Source: Guillardia theta CCMP2712 (Eukaryota; Protista; Cryptophyta). Taken from it: a stretch of DNA of 64,000 nt. The stretch lies in the NCBI RefSeq assembly GCF_000315625.1, contig NW_005434651.1, forward strand, positions 354,045-418,044. The letters run 5' to 3'. The notes beneath the pieces were generated by a model. The model was not told where the DNA came from, searched no databases, and saw nothing but the letters and a program-made list of their open reading frames with translations. The position numbers were made by a program, and so were the translations under genes. Of the stretch, positions 25,222 to 37,524 are shown piece by piece. Each line of letters begins with the position of its first letter. Positions within the stretch are counted from its first letter, which is position 1.

Positions 25222-25327
25222 GCAGGTGGAGAGATATCTTGCTCGCCAGCGGTTTCAAGTGCTTGTGTTCTACCAGGACGACGGGCTCGTCCGAGGCTGC
25301 CCGAGGCTCCGACGTGTGCCCGAGTGA
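22479..25327 (+). CDS. Multi-exon protein: long unique first exon, C2-like region and C-terminal potato inhibitor I (I13)-like domain
   Basis: The ORF 22479-23468 can be spliced in frame to LSVHVREAVGL..PWVYVSM..GRMIGQT..ISLRDL..EAWLQL (C2-like). It then continues to KKTWPELEGVPCGEACRKIKQERPDVEIKLL..QVLVFYQDDGLVRGCPRL (I13-like). Linkage of all parts is inferred. Confidence 0.6.
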
Positions 25328-25337
25328 CGAAGAGAGC

Positions 25338-27566
25338 TCAGGGCGGCAGCTGCTGGCTGGGCGGGACAGAAGAGTCAAGGGAGAGGAAGGAGAGAGAGTC
25401 GCCGGTCTTGCTCGTCCTCATCCCTATGCACGTCAATGGTCTTGTCAAGTAGACCCGCGACAAACTCGCCATTGTCTCAGCAGCGGATGAACCCTTCGAG
25501 GCTGCCACCGGGTAGCCGCTCGACGCCATCCTCCTCTTCCCTTCCACAGACATGGTCAGGCTGCTGGAGCTCAGCTCTGACATGCTGGACAATCGCTGCT
25601 TGAACTGTCTTTGTCGCTTGTCCATGCGCCTTCTCGCCTCCTCCATCCTCGCCTCCTCCTTTTTCTCCTTGACGAGCTCCTCCCTCAGCCTTGTAGCCAC
25701 CTTCTCCTCCTCTCTCAGCATTTCCTGCCATCTTCGCTGCAGTTGCTTCTGCTTATGCGCCATCTTCTCCTCCTTCGCTCGCCTCTTCTTCTCTACTTCT
25801 TTCATCGCCGTCTTCACTCCCTCTTCGTAGCTTCTCCGGAAGGACTCTATGGCCTCCATCACGAACGCTCGTCGCTCTTCTGCGCTTTTCTTGGCCTCGA
25901 CAATCTTCATACGGTGCCGTGCTGCCTCCTCCTCCCTCTGCTCCCTTGCTCGCGAGCTGGTTGCCTCTGACCAGTCAGAATCCGACGCTGAAGGCTCTAT
26001 CCTCTCCCTGCTAGCCATCTGCTGGTATCCCAGGATGCTCCTGCCGTATGCCCGGAGCTCCTCCAGCGTCAGCTCGCCGTCGCCGTCCTTGTCGATGAAC
26101 TTGACGAGGTTTTCAATCTCAGCTCGGCTCAACTGCTTGTCCAGCCGCTCCATGTGATCGATGAGCTCCTTCTTCTCCACCGTACCCGACGCGTCCTTGT
26201 CTACAGAGAGGAACACGAGCCGCAGACGGTCGTCCAAGTTCGACCGGTTGGTCTCCCGGTCAAACAGCCACTCGGCAAAGGCTCGATGAATCCGTCGGGG
26301 AACTTGAGAGGAGTCGGGGGCAGCGAAGTAGGCGCTGAGAGAAGTTTGAAGAGACTCCAAGGTGTCGTTGCTGTCCATGGTCTTGGAGAGCGACGTGCCG
26401 GCCTCATGCAGCACTTCTTCGTACAGCTTCATCATCTGCACCCTCTTCTTGCTCCTCCTCCTCTTCTTCTCCTCGAAGCTCTTGGCGTTGTTTCTGTGAG
26501 CATTGGTCAGCGGCCTGAAGTCAGGTGCATGCTCTCACTCGATCGTCTGCTTGAGGTGCTTCTCCTCTCGCTCTTGCTGTCGCAGGCTGCAAGCATCAGG
26601 TCACTCCCATGCATCATCACCCGACCAACTTACCGACTGCGGACGAGGGCGACGTGCCATCGCGTAGCCTTGTCCTTGTCCTCTCTCATTTGCTCCTCCA
26701 TTCGCTTCCCGCTAGAGACTTGCAGGCGCCTCAGCTCGTCCCTGCGCGTCCGTTGGAGGCGCTGCTCCTCCTGGGCCTCCTCCTCCTTCTGCTTCATCTC
26801 CAGCAGGAAGTCCTTCATGTACTTCTTGTTCAGCGCGCCTTCGATCTTACGACGCAAGACTCGCTCCCGGGATTCCACCAGCCGCTGCGATCTGATGTGC
26901 TCCATCTCCTCCAACCTCTGCCTTCTCTGGCTCTTGCTCGCAGCTCCGCAGCCTTCACCGGGCTGATCGGACGGGGGAAGGAGGGAAGAGAGGGGCTGAA
27001 CGGGAAGGGGAGCAGGAGACCTCCGGGGATGAGGGAGGGAAGAAAGACATCTGCGAGACTTGATAGACCTGATGTAGCTCTCGGTGTCTGCCATGTCCCT
27101 TACGTCGCACTCTCTCAGCTTCTTGTACCCGCGGTTGTCCTCCAGCTCCTTCAAGATCTTTCTCTGCTCAGACTGACTCTCCCTGCTCGCGTGTTGCTGC
27201 ATTGCTCCCTCAATCACCTCAAAGATGATGTCTTGCACCATCTTCCTGCAGGCAAAGTCCATGATTCTGCTTCTCATGGTGGCACTTTTCCATTCGTCCT
27301 CCAGCATGTCGATTTCGTTGACATCTGAGGGTGTGAAGGCATGTGGAGGAGAGTCTGCAATGGCGACATGCTCTGTGATGACTCGACCTTCGATCTCGAT
27401 GTCGTCCCATGTTACTTTGGTGACGTTCAACCAGACCGGCTGTCTCCGAACACCATCCTCTTCGTCTTCTTGCGCCTCGTCTTCGAAGTCAGGCTCATAC
27501 ATCTTCTCTTCTCTTCGCTTCAACGGATTTTCTTCATCGTAGGAGACGTCGGACGCGCAGGACCCT
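25338..27566 (-). CDS. EF-hand pair plus coiled-coil protein; multi-exon, start approximate
   Basis: Canonical EF loops DKDASGTVEKKE and DKDGDGELTLEE in ORF 25338-26441, and a charged coiled-coil region in ORF 26630-27523. Confidence 0.8.
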
Positions 27567-27734
27567 ATGGGAAGTTTTCAGGTCATAGCAGATAACATAT
27601 CCGGCACTTGTAGTGATAGACAGTTATCTCAATAATTACATTTCATCTTCTCATAAACTGTGCCCATCACATTTCTTATTCTCCTACTACTGTTCTTTCA
27701 TCCTGAATCTCTCCTCTTCTGCATGTTCATTCAG

Positions 27735-28235
27735 TCTTCCCTCCTCCTGCTTCTCTCTTCCAATTCTTCACCTATCCCTCTCCTCTTCTCTTCTTCTTCT
27801 CTTCTACTCTTCCCTTCTGCCCTCCTTCTGCTCTTCCCTTCTGCTCTCCTTCTGCTCTTCTTCTCTTCTCTTCCTGCTCTTCTTCTTCTCTTCTTCTTCT
27901 CTTCTTCTCTTCTTCTTCTCTTCTTCTTCTCTTCTTCTTCTCTTCTTCTTCTCTTCTTCTTCTCTTCTTCTTCTCTTCTTCTTCTCTTCTTCTTCTCTTC
28001 TTCTTCTCTTCTTCTTCTCTTCTTCTGCTCTTCTTCTTCTCTTCTTCTTCTCTTCTTCACTCCTCTTCTCTTCTTCTCTTCTACTCTTCCCTTCTGCTGT
28101 TCTTCTGCTCTTCTTCTTCTCTTCTCCTCTCCTCTCCTTCTGCTCTTCTTCTCTTCTTCACTCTTCTTCTCTTCTTCTTCTCTTCTACTCTTCCCTTCTT
28201 CTCTTCTTCTTCGCTTCTTCTCCAACTGCCTTCTC
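27735..28235. repeat. About 500-bp pyrimidine-rich (CTT/CTCTT) low-complexity tract
   Basis: Seen directly; intergenic. Confidence 0.9.
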
Positions 28236-29121
28236 ATGATCCTCCCTGCCTCCCTCCATTGAGCCGTTAGTAACTGGGCCTGAGTGGGGCTGAGGGCTGC
28301 TTGGCAAAATTGGGACCGAGGTACGCCAACCGTCCAGTCAAGTTACTCAAAGTTAAGTTAAAATTGAGTACGAGGACAACCAGGAGATAGCCTACTGAGA
28401 GGAGCCTGTTACCCTGACACTGCAGGCGCCCCTTGAGTACACGGTGTTAGGTCCTCTCCGACATGAACCGTGAACAGTGCCGCCGAGTCTCCGAAGTTGT
28501 TCTCGGGCCCTCAGGCGGACTCCGGAGTCGGTGACGTTAGCGGGACAGCAGTGGGCCTCAACTCTCATTCGTCTCCGGGCCCTTGGTGACCCGGCGACGA
28601 TACTCAGGCTGATGCGGCCCGGGTTGCGCGGCCCCGGGCCTCACAGAGTCACTCGGTGTGCAAGCGGCTTGGCGGCACGATTTTATCGATTAAAATTGCA
28701 GGTTTGATTCGATAAAATTCCAACTAGGAGATAGCGAAGGTGATGATGATCCCGATGATGATGTGGAGGGAGTCGAGTATGCGATGTTGCTGCAGGAGGA
28801 GGAGGAGGAGGAGGAGGAGGAGGAGGAGGAGGAGGAGGAGGGTGAAGAGTGAGTGAGTGAGGGAGGGAGGGAGCAAGTAAGAAGAAGGCCAAGGTAGGAG
28901 AGAATTGTAAGGAACAAGGAGAAGAAGCTGGATGGGGTTGGACTGGACTCCCATGGAATATGAGACGGAGGAATATCCGAGATAGGCGATGATCGTACTT
29001 GAATCATGGAGAGAGGGGAAGGGCACACGACTTTCAAGCTCCGTCTCTTGACTGAGAAGTGCAGAACGATGCTATGAAGCAAGGCATCTCGCTGAACGGC
29101 GAATAACAAGGAGTACGAAGC

Positions 29122-29939
29122 ATGAGGGTTTCAGGATTTATCCTCCTCCATTTGATCGTCATCTTCTTCGTTGCGAGCTCACTTGCCGAGGAATCACTCA
29201 GTCCTAGGCATCTCACAACGGTAAGAATGCAAGGATGACTATGGTGCCTCTATCATTCACATCGTGGTTTGGATTCGCTTGTTACCCAGGATACCTTTGA
29301 GTCAAACACCACGGAGCACACGCTTGTAAAATTTTTCGCGCCATGGTGTGGGCACTGCACTATGATGGCACCAGGTGAATCGTGTTGGCAAGGTGGTGGC
29401 AACTAACTTCTTCTCAACACTTTGATAGCTTTCCAATCGCTCGCTCGAAGGGTATATCGTGAGTGGAGGTACTCTATCAATCTTCCCTGCCTCGGAGTTG
29501 TGAACATTCATGAAGCGGTGCTCATGTTGCGGAAGTGAATGGAGATGCTGAGCAAGAGCTCGTTCGTCGATTCAACATAGCGGGGTAAAACTTGCAATCG
29601 TGTTGGTTCAAACTCAAACCTGAACGTTATGATCCGTAAGTTATCCAACGTTGGTCCTGGTCCACAATGGAAAGATAGTCACACACTACCATGGACCCAA
29701 GTATCATGACAGATTTGATTGCGATAATCCTTGATGGCGCTTCACAGGGAGGAGCAATCAATGTTCGAATTCATGAAGCAGCGAATTCCCACGATGAAGA
29801 TGCGACCGGTGAGGAAAGTAGAAAGCCAGACTGAATCTCATCTTGCGCACAGAACGTTGTTACCCCACATGATCGCTGCTTGAACGTTGCAAGAAAGAAG
29901 AATGGTTCGAACTCTTGTAGCCCCTGGCCGTCTTCTTGA
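29122..29939 (+). CDS. Secreted/ER thioredoxin-domain (PDI-like) protein, absent from the ORF track; 3' end uncertain
   Basis: Spliced reading: MRVSGFILLHLIVIFFVASSLAEESLSPRHLTT|DTFESNTTEHTLVKFFAPWCGHCTMMAP|AFQSLAR..HVAEVNGDAEQELVRRFNIAG|YPTLVLVHNGKIVTHYHGPK|EEQSMFEFMK. WCGHC lies at 29344-29358. Confidence 0.9.
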
Positions 29940-30709
29940 AGCTGGGCCGCAGGGGCGCATGCTGAATGCGACGGTCAAAAGCGAGGGTTCGGTCCTGGGA
30001 AGGCAATCGACGGGGTATGCTGTCGTTAGGGAAGGAAGGAGATCTCACCCGATGATTAGGTGATCAAAGGTTACTACGGAACCCACGGCGAGCTGTCGTA
30101 CAGCGGATGGTCATGGGGTGGTATGACGATGCGATGAAGAATTTCTGGGGGTGACGCGATGGCAGGCGATTTGTCACATGCGATGTTCCTCGTTGCATTC
30201 GACAAAATTTATGAGATCACTGTGACTCTGACGTGTTGGAGGGGAGATGTTTCAATGACCGCCTGATAGAGGATCAAGATTTTTTCCGGGGTTGGCTTTG
30301 TGGACTTGAAGATCACAGCATTTCGAATCCTGTCAGATGAGGCTCAGCGAATGTTTGTCCTTGTTGACAAGAGGTTACAGATATTGTGATCGGAAAGGTG
30401 GAGCCTACTTTAACGGCTATGAGGCAGCCACGTGTGTTGAGTGCCTGGTGAGCTCTGCTCTGATGAAGCTGCAGGTGCTGGAAGCCGATCCCCAATGTGA
30501 CTGTGGCGAATGATTACAACTCAGACGGGGAGCAGGTGATAGATTCAGGTACTGCCTGCTATGAAGCTGATGGTATATTCCAAAAGTTGTACAAATTGTC
30601 AAAGGAAGCTAAGGCGACCGTTGAGGTTCGTTGACATCCTTGCGGGATCGTCGGAGGCCCCTTGCTCCAAATCTCGTGACTTTCTTGAAAGGTGAAGCGA
30701 GGAGTCAGC

Positions 30710-31694
30710 ATGGTCGAACTCTCCTGCCCTCCCTTGAAAGCGTCTGGTGTCAGCGTGACGGTGGGAGATGAGTCTGTTGACAAGCGCAGGGGTGAAGTTT
30801 TGGCTTGCAGGTGCTGGGAACAGACTCTGCTAACAATGACGGAGTCCTGTCGGAGATCGAGGTTTACACTGAGCCTCTCTGCTCCTGGTTCGATGGATGC
30901 TCGCGGCATGAGGTCATCCATCCTGGACTTGTCTGCAAGCATGACTTGTTCCATCAGCGATTCCTGATAGATGAAGCGGAGAGGATCAAGCAGGAAGAGA
31001 TCCGAAACCTCACCAAGCAGATCAAGGTGAGAGATGGAATGTTCCAACCCCCCTGAGCTCTTGAGTCAAGGCGGAGAGAGCAGCGGAGAACGCAAAAGTG
31101 GCTATAGTGGAGGAGGCCAAGGCCAATCTCACTCGAGCAGGTCTGCCGTCACATCGTTGGATCTCTCGTGGTTCCCTGGGTTGACGTTGGAGAGCAGCGG
31201 AAGAAATGCTAGAGCAGGCGGAGATTCAGTTCAAAGTCAGCAACCTCAAGGGAGAGGCAAGCGTGCTCGTCTCGCTCTCGCTGTCTAGTGACTCTTGTCC
31301 CAGTATGGTGCATACGGCCTCCTCCAAAGAGCGAAAGATAAGTTCGAGGAGGCCGGCCTGCTGCAAGCAAGGTGAAGTCTTCATCACCTGCCCTCCTCCT
31401 GGCTGCCGTAGCTGGCTGTCATGTCACATCAGACGCAGGACGAAGAGCCTGGAAGAGCTCGAGGCCAAGTATCGGTCAGTCCGCCAGCCTCATCTCATCC
31501 CGCTGACTTTGAGCGATTCAGCCAAGCAATCGAGTCGGAGGAGGCCCGCAGGAAAGCTGAAGAAGCCGCCAAGGTGTCCCGTTCCCGTCCTACGAGAAAT
31601 GCGTCACACCCTGTGGCAGGCCAAGGCAAAGGCAGACGCTGAAGCTGAGAGGGCGAAAGCAGTAAGACATTCATGCTTTGTGATGGTTTTGTGA
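30710..31694 (+). CDS. Probable small multi-exon coiled-coil protein; may be continuous with upstream exons
   Basis: Short charged helical exons with GT donors: DEAERIKQEEIRNLTKQIK; MLEQAEIQFKVSNLK; KSLEELEAKY; AKAKADAEAERAK. Confidence 0.4.
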
Positions 31695-32314
31695 TGGAAT
31701 GTAAAGAAGGCTTCCGAAGGAAAGAAGAAGAAGAAGAAGAACAAGAAGCCTAAGGTGCCCTTCAACTCATATTCTTGTTTCAATCTAGTTGCCGCTTTCT
31801 TCATTTCCCTCATTGTCAACCAACCTCCATGCCATCACGGAACACTTCCTTTTCTTCCTCCTCTGATGTTCTTTCTTTCTTTCTTTCTTTCTTTCTTTCA
31901 TAACCTTCATCTTCACCATCTCTTCTTCTTCCTCTCTCTTCATTCCCGTCCTCTGCTCCTCCTCTGCACCTCCTTCTCTCCTCCTGCTCTCTTCTCATTC
32001 TTCTCTCCTCTTCCTCCACCAAGGACTCCGACCAGTCGCATTCCTTCATGGACGAAGAGGTCCTGCTGTGAGTATGGGAACTTTTTGCGCGTCGTCAGGA
32101 ACTTTTCGTAGTACTTCTATTAAAGCATCAAGAACTTTTCGAATATTTGGAATTGTGGGGTTCTAGATTGGGGTACCCACCCCCTGACCTCTTCACATCG
32201 ACAAAGTGGGGAGGGGTGGGAGGACCAGTCGGTCAGCAATGTTGAGCTCGTTTGGCGCCATACCGGCAGGTGCGCGCCACCAATGCTGCTTCCTGTCTCT
32301 TCTTCCCCCATGCA

Positions 32315-32358
<44 letters not shown>

Positions 32359-32524
32359 TGTCGTTGACCTCGTTCGTTCCTGATTTACCGTGTTTAAATA
32401 TGTTTGCCTTTGTGATCCCAACATGGATAATTGGCCTCTCTGCTCTTCTTTGTCTGACATCCGAGCAAAAGTTTCGTAAGGATCCTCGTGGAGCTTGCAA
32501 CTCACCTGGCATCGTTTCGCTACC

Positions 32525-35500
32525 ATGGGATCCACATCGAAGCAGATATTGGCAAGTATCGGCTTCAATGACGCAGTTGTTCTGCTCCTGGGATTCTTCT
32601 CTTTGTTTGCATTCTCAAGATATAATGTGCATTGGTCATGGACGGTTCTTGCAACTCTCATGATTCTTCCTGGAATCATGGGAGTTCTGCCGAAACTGCG
32701 AGTCATTGCCATTCTCAACAAACGAAGACAAGAAAGAAGAGCGAAGGAGCAAGCAGAGAAGGTGATCACAACGATTTCCAACATTCATGACCCGCTCCTC
32801 AGATCAGCGCTGGGATCAAATCTCCGCCCAACGACACTTTCCGCAGGCTGAACGCCGTCGTAGTTCCGCCGATCAACATTCCTCACTTGAACCTGGGCCC
32901 TTTCTCTGCAAGGATCTCGAGATGGACTTCAGGGCTGAGGAGACCACGTGAGACTTGCATGCTGCCGTCTGCAAGCTGATCAACATGGCGAGCAGACCCC
33001 ATCTCAGAACCCTCCTCCCCCTCTGCGCTGAGCCCTGTAAGCGCGCACGACTTTGAGAGGAGGCTGTGGGAGAGGCTTCATTTCTCCGGCAACAAGTACG
33101 AGTTCTTCTCTTCCACTAAGGTGCGTGCCGATCAAACATCTCTCTCGTTCACCTCCTGGTCAGTTTGCTGGTTGTCTCCGCGAAGATGAGTGCGACGAGC
33201 TGTTCAACCTGTGTACGTGGAGCTCGGTTGAAGCTGGAGAGCTTCTGTTTGCAGTGGGCGACAGGCGAGGCATCTTTCGTCACCCGCAGCCTCTGACGTG
33301 TTTGCATGTAGTACGGAGAGCGGACTTGTCATGGTTGTTGACGGATATCTTGGAGTCTACCACAAGGAGGATGAGACCGGTAAGGCTGATCGCGACCATT
33401 ATGCTTTCATAACACGAATTGTTGCAGAAGAAGAGTTTCTCAACTACAAGTTGTCTCAGGGAGAAAGCATCGGAGATCTTGAGCTCATGTGAGGTAAGGT
33501 TTCAGACATTCCGGACCCTCACTCCTCAGCTCCGCAGCTACATGTCGGACGTTCGGACATGTTCCGTTCGAGCGCTAACCAGTGCAACGATCTTGAGGAT
33601 TTCACAAAACGACTTCAAGACGTTCTGCACCAAGGTGAAGCTGTGCGATTTCTCAACTTCTTTTCACTGTCAACATGTCAGCATCCGGATGCTCTCCTCC
33701 TGTTTCTCAGGCTCGCACTTGGGCGCCTACATCGCGTGTCCTTCTTCGTGATGGCTGAGTTCCTGGAGATGTCCTCCCTCAACTCCAACGTCGATGCTGT
33801 AACGCTCGAAGACGAAGAGTCCAACATGGTGCCCTTGCTTCTTCCTTCCTGTTGCTGGTAGCTTGTCATACATGTGTGCAGTTGCAGAGCGCCTTCAGCT
33901 CGACGTATCAAGAGCTTGTGCTTGAGGTGTCTGAGGGTTCGCAGCTCTTTGAAAGAGGACAAGCGTGTTCCAAGCTCTTCGTCCTCCTCGATGGTTCCGT
34001 CGAGATCACAACAGAGGTGAAGGTTGCTTCCTTCCAAGCTCCATGCATCATCGGAGCACGGAACTTCTGGACAGCCGAGAGGCATCAGGAGACTGCGACC
34101 GCTATATCTCGTTGCCGGATCGCGAGTTTGACGATGGAGGAGCTGATGAGGATGGTGAGACAAGTGAGCGACATGTCGACTCTGATCCTTTCGGCTCGCA
34201 GGCTTCTATCGACGGCAAGACGTTTGTCGAGTTTGTGCTCGTGGCTGCCGGGGCCATCTTCCCAGTCATCCGCGACTTTCTCAGCATGGGCTTGAGCAGG
34301 CACTGGGTCAACGTGGGAGACTTCATCTTCAGGGAGGGAGACCAGGTGATCGACGGGCTCTACATCCTCATCACTGGACGAGTCAAGCTCAAGAGCAGGA
34401 GTTCGGAGGCCGTGATCGAGCTTGGGCGAGGTGACATGCTGGGCGAGGAGGCATTCCTAGACTCTCAGGACAACTTGAGAAGCATGAGCGCGGTGTGCAT
34501 GCGAGATTGTGAGCTCGTGAAGATCTCCCCCAAGAACTTCGAGCTGATCTGCAAGCGCGTTCCTAGTGTGGCCGTCCGGCTGCTGCGTTCCATTGCCAAG
34601 CGCCACATTCTAGGGAGAGGGAGTCATGCAAGCGGAAGGGCGCAGCAGGAGCAGCGCATTGCGGGCCAGAGTTTGACTGCGAATCTCGCCACGATAGCGC
34701 TGCTGGCAGCCAACAGGGAGAGTGCGGAGCATCTTGACAAGGTGGTATCGTCGTTGGAGGAGCAGCTCTCTCGGTATGGATCTGTGCTAGTTCTGGACGT
34801 GGACAAGATTGAGACGATACTCGGGGTAGACACAATCAGTCGCCTCCACCTCGCCTTCTATCGCACCCGTGTTTCTTCTTGGATCGTGCAGCAGGAGGAG
34901 GACCACAGGTTCGTGATTCTCAAGGGCAGCCTCAGCAACCCCGCATGGGATCAGGTTTGCGTGAGCCAGGCAGACTGCGTCCTCCTCGTCGCCCTCCATA
35001 GCTCACTTCCCACGATTCTCGAGCACGAGCGAGTCTGCGTGTGGAATGGCGAGAATGGATGCGTCAGGTCGTATGACGAGACTATTCTGGATGTGAGAAG
35101 GGAACTTGTGCTGCTCCATGAGAACCTGGCAGGCAAGACACTTCCTCCTAAGATCACGAGGATGTGGTTGGAGGGCAGGCCCGGCTTGACGCTCCATCAT
35201 CACATTCGGCTTGACGTGCAGGCAGACATGGAAAGGCTGGGGAGATATCTTGCTGGTCGAGCAGTTGGCCTTGTGCTGGGAGGTGGAGGAGCGAGGGGTC
35301 TCGCGCATCTTGGAGTCCTCCGGGCCATGGAGGAGCTGAAAGTTCCTGTTGACTTCATAGGGGGAACGAGCCAAGGCGCCTTCATGGCAGCTCTCTATGC
35401 GCAGCATCAGGACACTGCCAAGATGGATGAGCCTATCACCACGCTCTCGCAAGGGATCGGGAGTGTGACAAGTCTGATGAGAGACCTCACGCTCCCCCTG

Positions 35501-36379
35501 CTCTCCATCTTCTCGGGCAAAAGTTTCTCCAAGACGATACGCGAGGGACTGGGGGAAGGAGACATCAGGGACACTTGGATCAACTTCTTCTGCATCTCGA
35601 CCTGCATCAATGCAGACGACCCACTAGGTTACATGCGGGTCCATAAGAAGGGGAAGCTATGGCGATACGTGCGAGCGAGCATGACGCTAATCGGCTTTCT
35701 TCCTCCCGTGTGGGACCGCGGAGACCTCCTCGTGGATGGGGGGTATGTGAACAACCTGCCGGCAGACATCATGACGCAGTACGGAGTTGACACGATCATC
35801 GGAGTGGACGTGGAGGACAAGGAGAACATCCTGAGAGGTGAAGTGCTGACGCCCCTGGACGACCATGTCAGCGGGTGGTACGTGCTGTGGAGGTACGTGC
35901 TCGAGATGCTGGGCGTCGGAGGGAGTCGACACATCTGTCGGCATCGGGACATCACGACAGCTCTTTGCTACATCACGCATATGACGCAGTTCCCTCGAGC
36001 AAAGGCGATCCTGGACCTCAAGCTCGAGCCGCCCTGTGCAGACATCGGGTTGCTCGACTATCACAAGAAGGACGAGATCGTGGAGCGAGCCTACAAGTAC
36101 GCATACGAGGAGCTGAAGAAGTTCGTCCAGCGAGGAGACGCGTCATGCCGCAGAGACTCTCTCGGTCTCGCCAAGTCGACGACGATGCCGATGATGGGCA
36201 TCGATCGAGTGCCGTCGATCCCTTGGAAGGAGGCAGCCACATCGGGCCCCAGCGACAAGTCAGTTGCCGGCCCGATGGAGGATGGGGCGAAGGCCTCGGT
36301 GGAGCTGTTGAGCGAAGCCTTCTCGCGCACTCCCGTGCTGAGGAAGCGACGAGAGGGAGACTGGAAAGAGGAAGATTGA
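32525..36379 (+). CDS. NTE1: Neuropathy-target-esterase/NTE1-like lysophospholipase (PNPLA6/7 family): N-terminal TM, cNMP-binding domains and patatin domain
   Basis: N-terminal hydrophobic helices and cNMP-type motifs (GDFIFREGD..LYILITGRV..GDMLGE..RS.SAVC.RD.EL). Patatin motifs GGGGARG, GTSQG and DGGYVNNLP, plus WRYVRASM. Confidence 0.92.
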
Positions 36380-36629
36380 CAAACTCACTCCACATGCCGT
36401 TTTCGATTTTTCTTGTTCAGTTTTTGGCTTCTCTTTCAGTTTTGTCTTTCCTTCTGCGCGTATGAGAGAATGAAGTAAATGATTGCACTGCTATGACAAG
36501 GTTAGAATTTCATTATTGATACAGGAAGATAGATAGCTTTCATCTGCTCAAGAATGAACATGGGTGCTTGAACGAAGTACGCAAGTCTTCTGAAGTCGAG
36601 AAGGGGGGAAAGAAATCGAAGAGACAAAG

Positions 36630-36631
<2 letters not shown>

Positions 36632-36680
<49 letters not shown>

Positions 36681-37306
36681 GACAGCAGGAGCAGCAGCAG
36701 CAGCCGAGGCAGGGGCAGCAGGAGCAGGAGGAGGAAGCGGAGGCGGAGGTACAAGGTGGGAGTATTAGGATCAAGTACCCCTTGTTTCCTCTACCAAAAT
36801 GTGGGTAGGGTGTTCAAGCCCTTCAAATTTTCAAATGTTTGGCGGGAATAGAGGGGTGGGGGTAGTCTAGGAGGGGTTCAATTTGTATTGATTTGAGGGG
36901 TAGGGTTCCTGAGGAGGGGTGGACAATCCCACCAAGTTCGAAGTTTGGGGGGTGGGAACAGCGAGGAGGAGGCGGCATGGAGGCGCCGACAACTCCCAAG
37001 TTTCTGCTGCAAATCATGCGGCTGCTGAGGAGAAAAGAGACGCTGATAGAGCAGGTAAAGGAGGGGAGAGAGAGGGGAGAGAGAGGGGAGAGAGAGAAGG
37101 GAGAGAGAGAAGGGAGAGAGAGAAGGGAGAGAGTGAGGAGAGAGAGAGAGAAGATAGAAGGGAGACGGGAGAGAGGGAAGAGAAAAGGGAATGGGAGAAA
37201 AAACGAGAGGTAGGAGGGAGGAGAAGGAAGACAGAGAGAATGCGGACGAGATGAATTGTGATGTGATGTGATGTGATGTGATGTGATGTGATGTGATGTG
37301 ATGTGA
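36632..37306. repeat. Cluster of simple repeats, (CAG)n, GA-rich and (GTGAT)n, in intergenic DNA
   Basis: Seen directly. Confidence 0.85.
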
Positions 37307-37524
37307 CTAGGGTACAGACGGAGCGGGAGGGGCGTGAGAGGAGAGAAGAGGAGAGGGGATTTGAGAGGAGAGAAGAGTGCGAGGAAACAGGAGAGCGAGG
37401 ATTCAGGGTAAGAGAATAGGGAGAAGAAAATTAAGGCGTGTGAGATCGACTTGAAGCGGAGTGTTGATGGGAAAAGCCGTGCACTTTGAACACACACACG
37501 ATCACACGATTTCATCTCACAGGC

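Noticed and set aside
16102-29939. GILT plus thioredoxin as a redox gene cluster, or NACHT plus LRR as an immunity cluster
   Set aside because: They are separated by unrelated genes, and there is no evidence of co-regulation beyond proximity.
37065-37170. (AG)nAAGGG repeats resembling a cryptophyte nucleomorph telomere unit
   Set aside because: The units are irregular, internal and embedded in generic GA-rich low-complexity DNA like many other tracts here.
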